From: Fimbriimonadales bacterium
GTDB taxonomy: Bacteria; Armatimonadota; Fimbriimonadia; Fimbriimonadales; ATM1
NCBI GenBank assembly: GCA_051003155.1
Contig: JBPCLO010000027.1
Location: 37,014-101,013, forward strand
Length of the DNA: 64,000 nucleotides
Reading direction: 5' to 3'
Part shown: one piece after another, positions 20,260 to 29,305 of the stretch
How positions within the stretch are numbered: the stretch's first letter is position 1
Layout of the letters: each line of letters begins with the position of its first letter
Program-made: the position numbers and the translations under genes
The notes under the pieces: model-generated
Seen by the model: the letters and a program-made list of their open reading frames with translations, nothing else
The model's database searches: none
Told to the model about the DNA's origin: nothing

Positions 20260-20658
20260 ATGCGGGTTCTTGGTATCGATTACGGTCTAAAGCGGATCGG
20301 CGTCGCAATCGGCGAATCCGAGGTACGCATCGGGTTTGCTCGTAGCTTCATTCCTTGTTCCGGAACGCCCCAAACAGATGCGCGTCTTGTGGCGGACTAC
20401 TCCTGTTCCGAAGGCTGCGATGTCGTGCTCGTCGGCCTCCCTTATCTCGAATCCGGCGACGAAGGTGAACAGGCGCGCCTCACGCGCGAGTTCGCTGGGC
20501 ACTTGCAGGGCCTCGGCGTTCGCGTCGAGTTCTGGGACGAGCGGTACACTACCGCCTCCGCTCGAAGGAATTTGGCCCACGTGGAATCCGGCAAGCGCAA
20601 GCGGCTGTTGGATAGCGAATCGGCGCGAATCATGGTCACGGAGTACCTAGCCCATTAG
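20260..20658 (+). CDS. ruvX: Holliday junction resolvase-like / pre-16S rRNA nuclease YqgF
   Basis: LGIDYGLKRIGVA, VGLP and WDERYTT motifs. Confidence 0.92.
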   Translation: MRVLGIDYGLKRIGVAIGESEVRIGFARSFIPCSGTPQTDARLVADYSCSEGCDVVLVGLPYLESGDEGEQARLTREFAGHLQGLGVRVEFWDERYTTASARRNLAHVESGKRKRLLDSESARIMVTEYLAH

Positions 20659-20662
20659 AGCT

Positions 20663-21673
20663 CTGAAGCGAATCATCCTCGCGCTCTTTATACTTGCCCT
20701 GGTCGCCGCCGCAATCGCCGGCGGCCTGCTTTACGCCGCATTGAAGCCCGTTGTCGAGGCGAAAACCGCCACCCAGTACTTCCGCGTGAAGGATGGAGAA
20801 GGCGTCCGCCAAGTTCTCGAGCGTGCGGAAGACAAGGGTTTGCTCAAGAGTTCGACGGCAGTCAGGCTCATGAATCGACTATCCGAACAGCCCGGAACAA
20901 TCCGCGCCGGAACCTACGAACTCAGCCCATCGATGACCGGCCAAGAGCTGCTGGGAACCCTATTGCGCTCCGGGCGCGTTCGCCAGGATGTTCTGATACG
21001 CGAAGGCCTGTCGACGATCGAGACGGCGAGAATCCTCGAAAGTAAACGCGTTGCCGACAAGAAAGCCTTCTTGGATCTTTGCCGCGACCCCAAGCAACTC
21101 TCCCACCTGCCGAGATTCGTAATCGTCAGGAAAGGGTTGGAGGGCTACCTCTTCCCCGACACGCACAACTTGCCGCCCCTTCTCGGCGCGAGGGACGCTG
21201 CCGAGCAGCTCCTCTCTACATTCGAGCACAAGGTTTACAAGCCCCTTGGAAGTCCGACGCCCCAGAAGATGCGCGCGTGGGTCATCATCGGTTCGATGGT
21301 CGAACTCGAAGCCAGGAAAGCGGCCGAACGTCCCCGGATTGCCGGAGTGATTTACAATAGACTGACCAAGGGGATACCTCTTCAGATCGATGCCACGGTT
21401 GCGTATGGACTCAACAATAAGCGCAGGTTGCTGAACGACGACTACCGGATCGACCACCCCTACAACACTTACAAGATCAAGACTCTGCCACCCGGACCGA
21501 TCTGCTCGCCCGGAGCGTCGTCGATCAAGGCCGCTGCTCGCCCCGAGAAACACGGCTTCCTCTACTACGTGGCCATGCCCGACGGCTCTCATCGCTTCGC
21601 CAAGACATACGCCGAGCATCTAACCAACGTGGCGATAAGCCGCAAGGCCTTCGGCGTCGCGCGCAAGAGCTGA
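20663..21673 (+). CDS. mltG: endolytic transglycosylase MltG
   Basis: LEGYLFPDT, SMVELE, LQIDATV, PYNTY and LPPGPI motifs. The frame extends upstream through a TM helix to CTG 20663. Confidence 0.9.
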   Translation: MKRIILALFILALVAAAIAGGLLYAALKPVVEAKTATQYFRVKDGEGVRQVLERAEDKGLLKSSTAVRLMNRLSEQPGTIRAGTYELSPSMTGQELLGTLLRSGRVRQDVLIREGLSTIETARILESKRVADKKAFLDLCRDPKQLSHLPRFVIVRKGLEGYLFPDTHNLPPLLGARDAAEQLLSTFEHKVYKPLGSPTPQKMRAWVIIGSMVELEARKAAERPRIAGVIYNRLTKGIPLQIDATVAYGLNNKRRLLNDDYRIDHPYNTYKIKTLPPGPICSPGASSIKAAARPEKHGFLYYVAMPDGSHRFAKTYAEHLTNVAISRKAFGVARKS

Positions 21674-22227
21674 TGCTAGGCAAACATCCTCGGTTCGAAA
21701 GGGAGAAGGCCCCGGCGATCCTTCGCCGCTTTTGCCCGGACTATCATGTTAGGGAGATTTCCGACATCGACCCGAAAGACGTAGTGGCCGGCGGAATACG
21801 CGGTGTGCTTCTCGATCTCGATAATACGCTCCTGCCCTGGAAGGGCAGCGAACTACCCGAGGAAACCGTGGCCTGGATCGAGAAATGCCGAGACGCGGAT
21901 CTCAAGATGTGCCTAGTGAGCAACACCCGCAACCTCTCGCGGCTACGCGCCATCGGCGAGCGTCTTAACGTGGAGGTAGTGATGCCGGGAAGAATGAAGC
22001 CCGCGCGCGAGGGGTTCCAAAGGGCGCTCGCGCACCTGAACTTATCTCCGGCGGAAGTTGTCATGGTCGGCGACCAAATGTTCACGGACATTTGGGGCGG
22101 TAATCGCATGGGGCTTTGCACAATTTGGGTCGACCGAATACACCACCGCGAGTTCTTCGGCACGAAGATCAGCCGCTTCTTCGAGCGCGTGATCATGGGA
22201 ATTCTTCGCAGATCGGAAAGGAAATGA
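21673..22227 (+). CDS. yqeG: YqeG-family HAD IIIA phosphatase
   Basis: LDLDNTL, VSN, KP and VGDQMFTDIWGGNRMG motifs. Confidence 0.88.
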   Translation: MLGKHPRFEREKAPAILRRFCPDYHVREISDIDPKDVVAGGIRGVLLDLDNTLLPWKGSELPEETVAWIEKCRDADLKMCLVSNTRNLSRLRAIGERLNVEVVMPGRMKPAREGFQRALAHLNLSPAEVVMVGDQMFTDIWGGNRMGLCTIWVDRIHHREFFGTKISRFFERVIMGILRRSERK

Positions 22228-23102
22228 GCCCGGTGATCGCCCTCCTCGCCGCGATGCGCCCACGCCAGTGGACCAAGAACCTCCTCGTCTTCGCAGGGCT
22301 AGTCTTCGCTGGCAGGTTCGTCGACCCCGATGCGATATGGCTTGTCGCCGCCCTGTTTGCCGCCTTCTGTTTGGTATCGAGCGCCGGCTACCTGCTGAAC
22401 GACATCATCGACCGCGCGGGAGACGTCAACCACCCCGAAAAGCGACTGCGGCCGATAGCTTCCGGGAAGGTCTCCACACAGACAGCCGCGTGCGCCTCGG
22501 CTGTTCTTCTCGTCGCCGGCTTCGCCATTCCCCTGGTGATGGGCATTCCCTGCGGTGTCCAACTGCTAACCGTTTACGCAGCGAATCAGGTCTTCTACAT
22601 GAGCGCCGCTCGCCGTGTCGCCATTCTGGATGTATTCGTTATTTCGATCGGGTTCCTCGTAAGAGCCGTCGCAGGCGCTGCGGCTCTTAGAGTGTTCATC
22701 AGTCCATGGCTCCTAGTATGTACGTTCCTACTGGCGCTGTTCCTCGGCTTCGCAAAACGGAAACACGAGTACCACCTCGTCGCAAACGCGCGCGCCTCGC
22801 TCTCGGGTTATACGAGCCAGCTGCTCGACCAGTTCATCATGATCTCCGCCGCGGCTTCGGCTCTCTCATACAGCGTATACGCAATCGAATCGCACACTGC
22901 AATTTCCCACCCGATGCTCGTCCTCACGATTCCCTTTCCGATCTTTGGCATATTCCGTTACCTGCAGTTGGTTTATAAGGATAACGGAGGCGGCAACCCC
23001 GACCAGGCGCTGGTTAAAGACCCGTGGATGTACGGAACGATTTTGCTCTGGGCAGTTCTAAGCTTATACGCCGTTTCGGCGGAAGGATGGGTGTCGCCTT
23101 AG
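22224..23102 (+). CDS. UbiA-family decaprenyl-phosphate phosphoribosyltransferase-like protein
   Basis: MRPRQWTKNLLVF, YLLNDIID..D..HPEKRLRPIASG, FAKRKHE and GIFRYLQ motifs. Confidence 0.88.
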   Translation: MSPVIALLAAMRPRQWTKNLLVFAGLVFAGRFVDPDAIWLVAALFAAFCLVSSAGYLLNDIIDRAGDVNHPEKRLRPIASGKVSTQTAACASAVLLVAGFAIPLVMGIPCGVQLLTVYAANQVFYMSAARRVAILDVFVISIGFLVRAVAGAAALRVFISPWLLVCTFLLALFLGFAKRKHEYHLVANARASLSGYTSQLLDQFIMISAAASALSYSVYAIESHTAISHPMLVLTIPFPIFGIFRYLQLVYKDNGGGNPDQALVKDPWMYGTILLWAVLSLYAVSAEGWVSP

Positions 23103-23593
23103 GTTTCCAAGCAACTGTGAAAAGGATCAGCGAGCGTCGTGGAATGCGACAGTTCGCGAAGTTCGTCATCGTCGGCCTTAGCAGCACGATCATCGACTTT
23201 GGGCTCCACTTCCTGCTTTTCAAGGTGATCGACGGTGGACTCAACGATGCGATCCGAACCTTCGTCTACGGCATCATTCCGGCGCTTCAAGACTCGAAAG
23301 TCGACCCGGCATTCGTTGTCATCAAGGGCATTTCGTTCATCACGGCGACGCTCAACGGATTCCACTGGAACCGCCATTGGTCATTCAAGGCGGCCGACAA
23401 GGACCTTGCCCATCGCCAGCTCTTGCGCTTTTACATCGTCTACGCGATCGGGCTGTTGATCAACACAACCGTCGCGGGCTCACTCTATGCTCGTGGCGCG
23501 GTTTACATCCTCGCACTCCCGATCGCCACAGTCATCACCACCGCTTGGACCTTCCCAATGACCAAGTTCTGGACCTTCCAGCGCCGGCAATGA
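23087..23593 (+). CDS. GtrA-family lipid-linked sugar translocase
   Basis: RQFAKFVIVG, NGFHWNRHWSF and KFWTF motifs; four TM segments. Confidence 0.85.
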   Translation: MGVALGFQATVKRISERRGMRQFAKFVIVGLSSTIIDFGLHFLLFKVIDGGLNDAIRTFVYGIIPALQDSKVDPAFVVIKGISFITATLNGFHWNRHWSFKAADKDLAHRQLLRFYIVYAIGLLINTTVAGSLYARGAVYILALPIATVITTAWTFPMTKFWTFQRRQ

Positions 23594-24369
23594 GCCTCGT
23601 GTCGCTTGCGGTTCTGGGCGATCCGGTCGAGCACTCGCTTTCGCCTCGCATGCAAAACGCCGCCCTTCGTGCGTTGGGGATCGAGGGCGAGTACGTCGCT
23701 GTGCGCGCTCCGGCGGACGAGTTTGCGGAATGCGTGGCGCACCTTCGGGACCGCGGGTTCGTCGGCGCGAACGTGACGATCCCGCATAAGGAGCGGGCGG
23801 CCGGGATCGGCACCGCGGACGACGAAATTGTGTCTGCGACGGGGGCGGCCAATACACTGAAGTTCCTCTCTCCGGTCCTTTGCCGAAACACCGACGTTCC
23901 CGGCTTCCTGCGGCCAATCCAGAGTCTCGCTCCTGGCGCGGCGCTCGTTCTGGGCGGCGGAGGTGCGGCCGCCGCGGCGGTCTACGCGCTAGTCCTCGCG
24001 GGCTGGGGAGTTCGCGTCTGGAATCGCAACCCCAAGAACTCGATCCGTTTGACCCAGAGGTTCGGCTGTTCATTTGCGAGCGACCCCGATCCCTCGTCTT
24101 GCAGTCTAGTCGTCAACGCAACGCCTCTCGGCCTGCGCGAGGGAGAAATGCCCGAACTAGGCTGGGAGTCCGCGGCCGCCGAATCCGTCATCTACGACCT
24201 CGCGTATCGAGACGGCCCTACGGACTTGCTGGAGCATGCCCGTTCTTTGGGTCATCGAGCGATCGACGGCCGAGAGATGCTCGTCGAGCAGGGCGCGCTC
24301 TCGTTGGAATGGTGGACGGGGCAGAACGTCCCACGGCAAGTCATGCGCGAGGCCGTCGGCCTAACATGA
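23590..24369 (+). CDS. aroE: shikimate dehydrogenase
   Basis: GDPVEHSLSP, GANVTIPHKE, NTDVPG and DGREMLVEQG motifs. Confidence 0.92.
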   Translation: MSLVSLAVLGDPVEHSLSPRMQNAALRALGIEGEYVAVRAPADEFAECVAHLRDRGFVGANVTIPHKERAAGIGTADDEIVSATGAANTLKFLSPVLCRNTDVPGFLRPIQSLAPGAALVLGGGGAAAAAVYALVLAGWGVRVWNRNPKNSIRLTQRFGCSFASDPDPSSCSLVVNATPLGLREGEMPELGWESAAAESVIYDLAYRDGPTDLLEHARSLGHRAIDGREMLVEQGALSLEWWTGQNVPRQVMREAVGLT

Positions 24370-24989
24370 TCTGGTTTCGACCGGCAGGAGCGGACGATCC
24401 TCGCTTGGCCGAGGTGGCGGCGGCGGTCTTGGGTGGCGAGATCGCCATCGTTCCGACCGAAACGGTTTATGGCCTGGCATGCCTCGCCGACGATCCGAGA
24501 GCAATCACGAAGGTATTCAAGGCAAAGGGGCGCACGCCCGACAAGCCGCTGATCGTGGCAGCGACCGAAATCGCACAAGCCCGCATGCTTTGTTCGGACT
24601 GGCCGGAAATCGCGGAGAAACTGGCGACGGCGTTCTGGCCCGGGCCGCTGACCATCGTGCTGCCAAAGGCGATCGCCGTTCCCGACCTTGTGACGGCCGG
24701 GGGAAATACGGTCGCCGTACGCATTCCTAACCAGACGGTCCTCTTACGCCTGATCGATTTGGTCGGCAGACCGCTTACCGCCACGAGCGCCAATCAAAGC
24801 TCTCAGCCGTCGCCGCTCAGCGCCGAAGAAGCCGTGCGACAACTCGGCCCCACCTGTGCTTACGTCGTGGACTGTGGTCCTACGAGTGTCGGAAAGGAAT
24901 CTACGATCGTGCAGATCGCCGGCAATACAGTGGCGATTCTGCGAGAAGGCGCGATCCCGCTTTGCGAGATCGAGTTAGCGGCAATGTGA
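24366..24989 (+). CDS. tsaC: threonylcarbamoyl-AMP synthase (TsaC/Sua5, short form)
   Basis: PTETVYGL, KGR...PLIV, FWPGPLT and TSANQS motifs. Confidence 0.92.
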   Translation: MIWFRPAGADDPRLAEVAAAVLGGEIAIVPTETVYGLACLADDPRAITKVFKAKGRTPDKPLIVAATEIAQARMLCSDWPEIAEKLATAFWPGPLTIVLPKAIAVPDLVTAGGNTVAVRIPNQTVLLRLIDLVGRPLTATSANQSSQPSPLSAEEAVRQLGPTCAYVVDCGPTSVGKESTIVQIAGNTVAILREGAIPLCEIELAAM

Positions 24990-25454
24990 GCAGAGGCCGA
25001 TAACTTCGACCCTGGTCTGCCTCGCCATAAAGCCGAGCCGCGAGCCCGAAACGCCGATCTCGCTCAAAGCCGTCTGCGGCACGGGAATCTCCTCTACGCA
25101 GCCGCACGATTCACAAACGAGGTGCTCGGTCTGGTGATCTCCGGAATGGTTCCCGGAACATGCCAGATAGCCGTCGACGATGCCGATCCGATGCGCCAAA
25201 CCGGCTTCCACTAGGCTCGCCAGGATTCGGTAAACGCTAACGACGTCGATCTTGCCCCCGGTGGCAGCGACCTGATCTCGAATCTCATAAGCGCCCATCG
25301 GCTTCCTGGTTTCCGCCATAGCGCGCACAACCGCACGCCGGGGCCCGGTGACGCGCATGCCCTGCGATTGCAAACGCTCGATCGCCTTGCTCTCGTACTG
25401 CTCCGCCAGAGGCGGCTCGACGATATTACATTGGATGTCGGTCTGCGATGCCAT
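24975..25454 (-). CDS. Fur-family transcriptional repressor (Zur-like)
   Basis: SVYRIL, HLVCESCG and C-terminal CSHC motifs. Confidence 0.85.
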   Translation of the reverse strand: MASQTDIQCNIVEPPLAEQYESKAIERLQSQGMRVTGPRRAVVRAMAETRKPMGAYEIRDQVAATGGKIDVVSVYRILASLVEAGLAHRIGIVDGYLACSGNHSGDHQTEHLVCESCGCVEEIPVPQTALSEIGVSGSRLGFMARQTRVEVIGLCSHCR

Positions 25455-25596
25455 AGGCAATTATGGCTCGCGTCTTGCGGTCGATTCAGCGAAGTCGCGA
25501 AATGGTCCAGCGAGCTTGCGCACCGGTCCAGCCACGCTGCGGAAAGCATGGTTATTCATAAATCGTACCGGATACGTGTAATATCAGACTGTGGAC

Positions 25597-26922
25597 ATGC
25601 GCAAACTTCTCCTCTTCTTACCGACACTCATTGCCGCGGGCTGCTTCGGCGGCGGGAAAGAGACCGCAGCCCCTACGGGTACCGGAAAGGTCGAAGGCAG
25701 TCTCGAGATCGCCGCCTTCCAAGGCGGCTACGGAATCGATTTCTATCAGGCCGCCGCCAAAGAGTTCGAGTCGAAACATCCGGGGCTGAAGATCAAGGTC
25801 GAGGGCAACCCGCGCATATGGGAGCAGCTGCGCCCGAGGTTCATCGGAGGCAATCCGCCCGACCTGTGCTACCCCGGATGGGGCATGGACCACTGGGCGC
25901 TCGCAGAAGAGGGTCAACTCATGGCCTTCGACGAAGCCCTGGCCGCCAAGCCATACGGAGGCGATGGCACTTGGGGCGAAACATTCGAACCCTCCATCCT
26001 GGCACTTGGAAAACTCGAGGGCAAACAGTACGTCCTTCCACACTTCTTTAACCTGCTTGGCTGGTGGTACGACCCGGGCATCTTCACCAAGAACGGTTGG
26101 ACCCCTCCGAAGACCTACGAAGAGCTACTGGCTCTCTGCGCGAAGATCAAGGCGCGCGGAATCGCTCCGATTACCTATCAGGGCAAGTACCCGTACTACA
26201 TGGTAGAGGGAATGCTCCTCCCGTGGGCGATGAGCGCCGGCGGAGCGGAGGCGGTACGCGCCGCACAGAACCTCGAGCCCAGCGCGTGGAAGTCGCGCGC
26301 GATGCTGAAAGCTGCCCAGATGATCGCCGAACTTAGGGACAAAGGGTTTTTCCAATCCGGCGCCACCGCCATGAGCCACACCGAATCACAGCAAGAGTTC
26401 GTCCAGGGCAAGGCTGCGATGATCCCTTGCGGGACGTGGCTCCACTCGGAGATGAGGAGCGTAATGCCTGCCGGAGCGAAAATGGAATTCATGCTGCCGC
26501 CGGTCTTGTCACAGGGCAACGGCGAACCGACGAACGTTATCATCGGCATCGAGCCATGGATGGTGCCGAGCGATGCTAAGAACCCCGATGCTGCAGTCGC
26601 ATTCCTTAAGTACATGACCTCGCCGGAAAAGGCGAAGCAGTTTGTAGAGGAGAAGGGCACGCTGGTAGCGATCAAGGGAAGCGACCGAGCGCAGCTCCCT
26701 GAGGTCTTGGTCAAGCCTGCGGCCATATTCAAGAGCAGTAACTTCGTTTGGGCAGTCCAATATCGCCAGTGGTATCCGGCGTTCGACACGGAGATCCAAA
26801 ACGCTCTGACGGCCATGCTGAACGGCGAACTGACTCCGGAGGCATTCTGTGGCCGAGTCGAGGCGGCCGCGGAGAAAACTCGCAAAGACCCAAACATCGC
26901 CAAGCATAAAGTCGCCGGCTAA
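25597..26922 (+). CDS. sugar ABC transporter substrate-binding lipoprotein (NgcE-like, possibly GlcNAc/chitobiose)
   Basis: Lipobox AAGC; FQGGYG, QLRPRFIGGNPPD and MSHTESQQEF..GKAAMIPCGTW motifs. Confidence 0.85.
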   Translation: MRKLLLFLPTLIAAGCFGGGKETAAPTGTGKVEGSLEIAAFQGGYGIDFYQAAAKEFESKHPGLKIKVEGNPRIWEQLRPRFIGGNPPDLCYPGWGMDHWALAEEGQLMAFDEALAAKPYGGDGTWGETFEPSILALGKLEGKQYVLPHFFNLLGWWYDPGIFTKNGWTPPKTYEELLALCAKIKARGIAPITYQGKYPYYMVEGMLLPWAMSAGGAEAVRAAQNLEPSAWKSRAMLKAAQMIAELRDKGFFQSGATAMSHTESQQEFVQGKAAMIPCGTWLHSEMRSVMPAGAKMEFMLPPVLSQGNGEPTNVIIGIEPWMVPSDAKNPDAAVAFLKYMTSPEKAKQFVEEKGTLVAIKGSDRAQLPEVLVKPAAIFKSSNFVWAVQYRQWYPAFDTEIQNALTAMLNGELTPEAFCGRVEAAAEKTRKDPNIAKHKVAG

Positions 26923-26952
26923 GAAACGTGGACATTCAAAGACGCATCGGAG

Positions 26953-27204
26953 TTGTCGCGCGCGCATCATTGGCGCTGTGCTAAAACCGGGCCGGAATAT
27001 CCGCACGAATACACGCTGCGCAAGCAGTGGCAGAACCAGGAGGATATCGACGGAGTGGCGATCTTCATTCGTGAGAACGGTTACGTTGTAAATTTCAGAG
27101 GCCGAGACTACATCTGCTTCGATGTGGGCGGCTATATGCGCTGGATCAGGGGCAGTCCGGTAAACGAGACTATCCTTGTCAACCGCGCACTAAACCAACA
27201 ATGA
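26953..27204 (+). CDS. small hypothetical protein inserted in the ABC operon
   Basis: Protein-like ORF (W..AKT.P.YPHEY ... FIRENG ... ETILVNRA). Its TGA overlaps the permease ATG; the start is uncertain. Confidence 0.55.
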   Translation: MSRAHHWRCAKTGPEYPHEYTLRKQWQNQEDIDGVAIFIRENGYVVNFRGRDYICFDVGGYMRWIRGSPVNETILVNRALNQQ

Positions 27205-28088
27205 GGCGCGACGGTCGAACGACGTTCATCATCACGTTCCTGGCCCCGGCTGTGGGTCTCTATGGCGTCTTTGTGGTTTGGCCACTCCTCCAATCGTTCG
27301 TTCTCTCGCTCTATCGATGGCGCGGGGTTTCGGCGAAGAAGACTTACGTGGGCCTCGAAAACTTTCAAGCCCTAACCCGGGACGACGTCTTCTGGCAGGC
27401 TCTAAAGAATAATTTGTGGCTGCTCGTCGTGGGCGGCCTGGCAGTGCTTGTTATCGGTGTCACAATCGCGCACGCGATGCAAGGCTCGGGCCGGATGGCT
27501 CGCGCCCTACGCGGCATCTACCTGTTCCCACAAGTGATCTCCCTCGTCGTCGTGGCGATCCTATGGATGTTCCTCTACAACCCATCCTTCGGCCTGATTA
27601 CGAGCGGACTGAACGCCATCGGCCTCGGCGACCTCGCTCGCCCGTGGCTTGGTGACTCCAAGACCGCCTTGCCCTCGGTCGGCATCGCTTTCCTGTGGTA
27701 CGTGCTCGGCTTCTATATCATGCTGTTCGCCGCAGGAATCAAGTCGATCCGCTCGGAGATCCACGAGGCCGCAGCGCTCGACGGATCGGCCGGTTTGAGC
27801 AAGTTCTGGAAAGTAACCTGGCCGATGCTCTGGTCGGTCAAACGTGTAGCGGTCGTTTACATCGTGATCAACGTGATGAACGTCTTCGCGCTCGTCTATC
27901 TTATGACGCAAGGCGGCCCTGATCGCAAGACCGAGGTCATGCTCACATACCTCTACGAGCAGGCATTCAAGAACAACCTGTTCGGCTACGCAACGGCTCT
28001 TGCAGTGGGCGTTTTCGTCGTCTCGATGGCGTTCTGCCTTATCCTGATGTTCCTGTTCAGGAAGAATCCTGAGGAAGCGCGCGCTTGA
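27201..28088 (+). CDS. carbohydrate ABC transporter permease
   Basis: YVGLENF, EAAALDGS and MTQGGP motifs. Confidence 0.92.
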   Translation: MRRDGRTTFIITFLAPAVGLYGVFVVWPLLQSFVLSLYRWRGVSAKKTYVGLENFQALTRDDVFWQALKNNLWLLVVGGLAVLVIGVTIAHAMQGSGRMARALRGIYLFPQVISLVVVAILWMFLYNPSFGLITSGLNAIGLGDLARPWLGDSKTALPSVGIAFLWYVLGFYIMLFAAGIKSIRSEIHEAAALDGSAGLSKFWKVTWPMLWSVKRVAVVYIVINVMNVFALVYLMTQGGPDRKTEVMLTYLYEQAFKNNLFGYATALAVGVFVVSMAFCLILMFLFRKNPEEARA

Positions 28089-28903
28089 AGAGAGTGCTCG
28101 GCAACTTCGGCCTAGTCTTGTTCGGCCTGAGCGTCGTCGTGCCGCTCATGTGGGTGCTCCTGACCTCGCTGAAATCCGGCCCAGAGGTCTTCGCCTCGCC
28201 CTGGGGCCTCCCGAAAAGCCCGCAATGGCAGAACTATTCGAACGCCTGGCAGCAGGCCGGCGTCGGCAAATATTTCCTCAACAGCCTCCTCGTAACCCTT
28301 GGGACTCTCCTGATCCTGCTCCCGATCGGTGCAATGGCGGCGTACGTGCTCGCCCGCTACCCGTTTCGGGGTTCGAAAACGATTTTCGGCACGTTCCTCG
28401 GTGGGATGATGTTTCCGAACTTTCTTATCGTCGTGCCACTGTTCTTCCTTCTCAAAAGCATGGGAATGCTCGATACAAAGACGGGGCTTATCCTGGTCTA
28501 TGTCGCCTATTCGCTGTCCTTCACGATATTCGTACTGACGGGCTTCTTCCAATCCCTGCCGAACGAACTCGCCGAAGCGGCGATGATCGACGGGTGTACC
28601 CATTCGAGCACGTTTTGGCGGGTGATGTTACCACTTGCGAAGCCCGGACTCGTCGTCGTGGGAATCTTCAACGCGATCGGTCTGTGGAACGAGTACGGAC
28701 TGGCGCTTGTCCTCGTCAACAGCGAAGAAAACCGCACGCTGCCTTTGGGAATCGCCAACCTAGTGATGACCCAGCATTACCAAAGTGACTGGGGCGCGCT
28801 GTTCGCGGGCCTAGTGATTGTGATGCTTCCGGTGCTTATGGTGTACTGGATTTACCGGGACAAGATCCATGAAACGATGCTTGCAGGAGCCGTAAAAGGG
28901 TAG
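28085..28903 (+). CDS. carbohydrate ABC transporter permease
   Basis: YFLNS, ELAEAAMIDG, WNEY and GAVKG motifs. Confidence 0.92.
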   Translation: MKRVLGNFGLVLFGLSVVVPLMWVLLTSLKSGPEVFASPWGLPKSPQWQNYSNAWQQAGVGKYFLNSLLVTLGTLLILLPIGAMAAYVLARYPFRGSKTIFGTFLGGMMFPNFLIVVPLFFLLKSMGMLDTKTGLILVYVAYSLSFTIFVLTGFFQSLPNELAEAAMIDGCTHSSTFWRVMLPLAKPGLVVVGIFNAIGLWNEYGLALVLVNSEENRTLPLGIANLVMTQHYQSDWGALFAGLVIVMLPVLMVYWIYRDKIHETMLAGAVKG

Positions 28904-29062
28904 AAAAAGTACTCGGATGGAGCGGCATTTTGGCTACTTCGGTCGTCAACATAAACGATAATTGATTCGATTAGGTTCAAATAAACCTGAAAACCGGTTG
29001 AATCCGTGATACAATTCATCTAGTTTGAACCTGAGTTCCCTTGGGGCTCTACGGAGGAAAGA

Positions 29063-29260
29063 ATGAAGTTCTATAACCTGAAGACACGAAGCCACGTCGA
29101 AGTGCCCGACTCCGACATGCAAAAGAAGAAGATGGTGCGCAAGACCAAGAACGGCACCCAGACGCGATACGCCCTTGTCGCAAACCACCAGGGCAGCAAG
29201 CTGTTCAAGTTCGTCAGCGAAGCCGACTACAAAGCCGCGAACTGCAAAGAAGTTTCCTAA
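29063..29260 (+). CDS. small basic protein (65 aa), CC1-like putative DNA-binding protein
   Basis: GGAGG SD, extended -10 TGATACAAT upstream, downstream terminator; 11 Lys + 3 Arg versus 6 acidic residues. Confidence 0.8.
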   Translation: MKFYNLKTRSHVEVPDSDMQKKKMVRKTKNGTQTRYALVANHQGSKLFKFVSEADYKAANCKEVS

Positions 29261-29273
29261 CTTCGAAGATGTG

Positions 29274-29305
29274 AAGAGCGCTCCTCGCAGGGGCGCTCTT
29301 TTTTT
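29274..29305 (+). terminator. intrinsic terminator between convergent genes
   Basis: AAGAGCGCTCC-loop-GGGGCGCTCTT followed by a T run. Confidence 0.85.
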
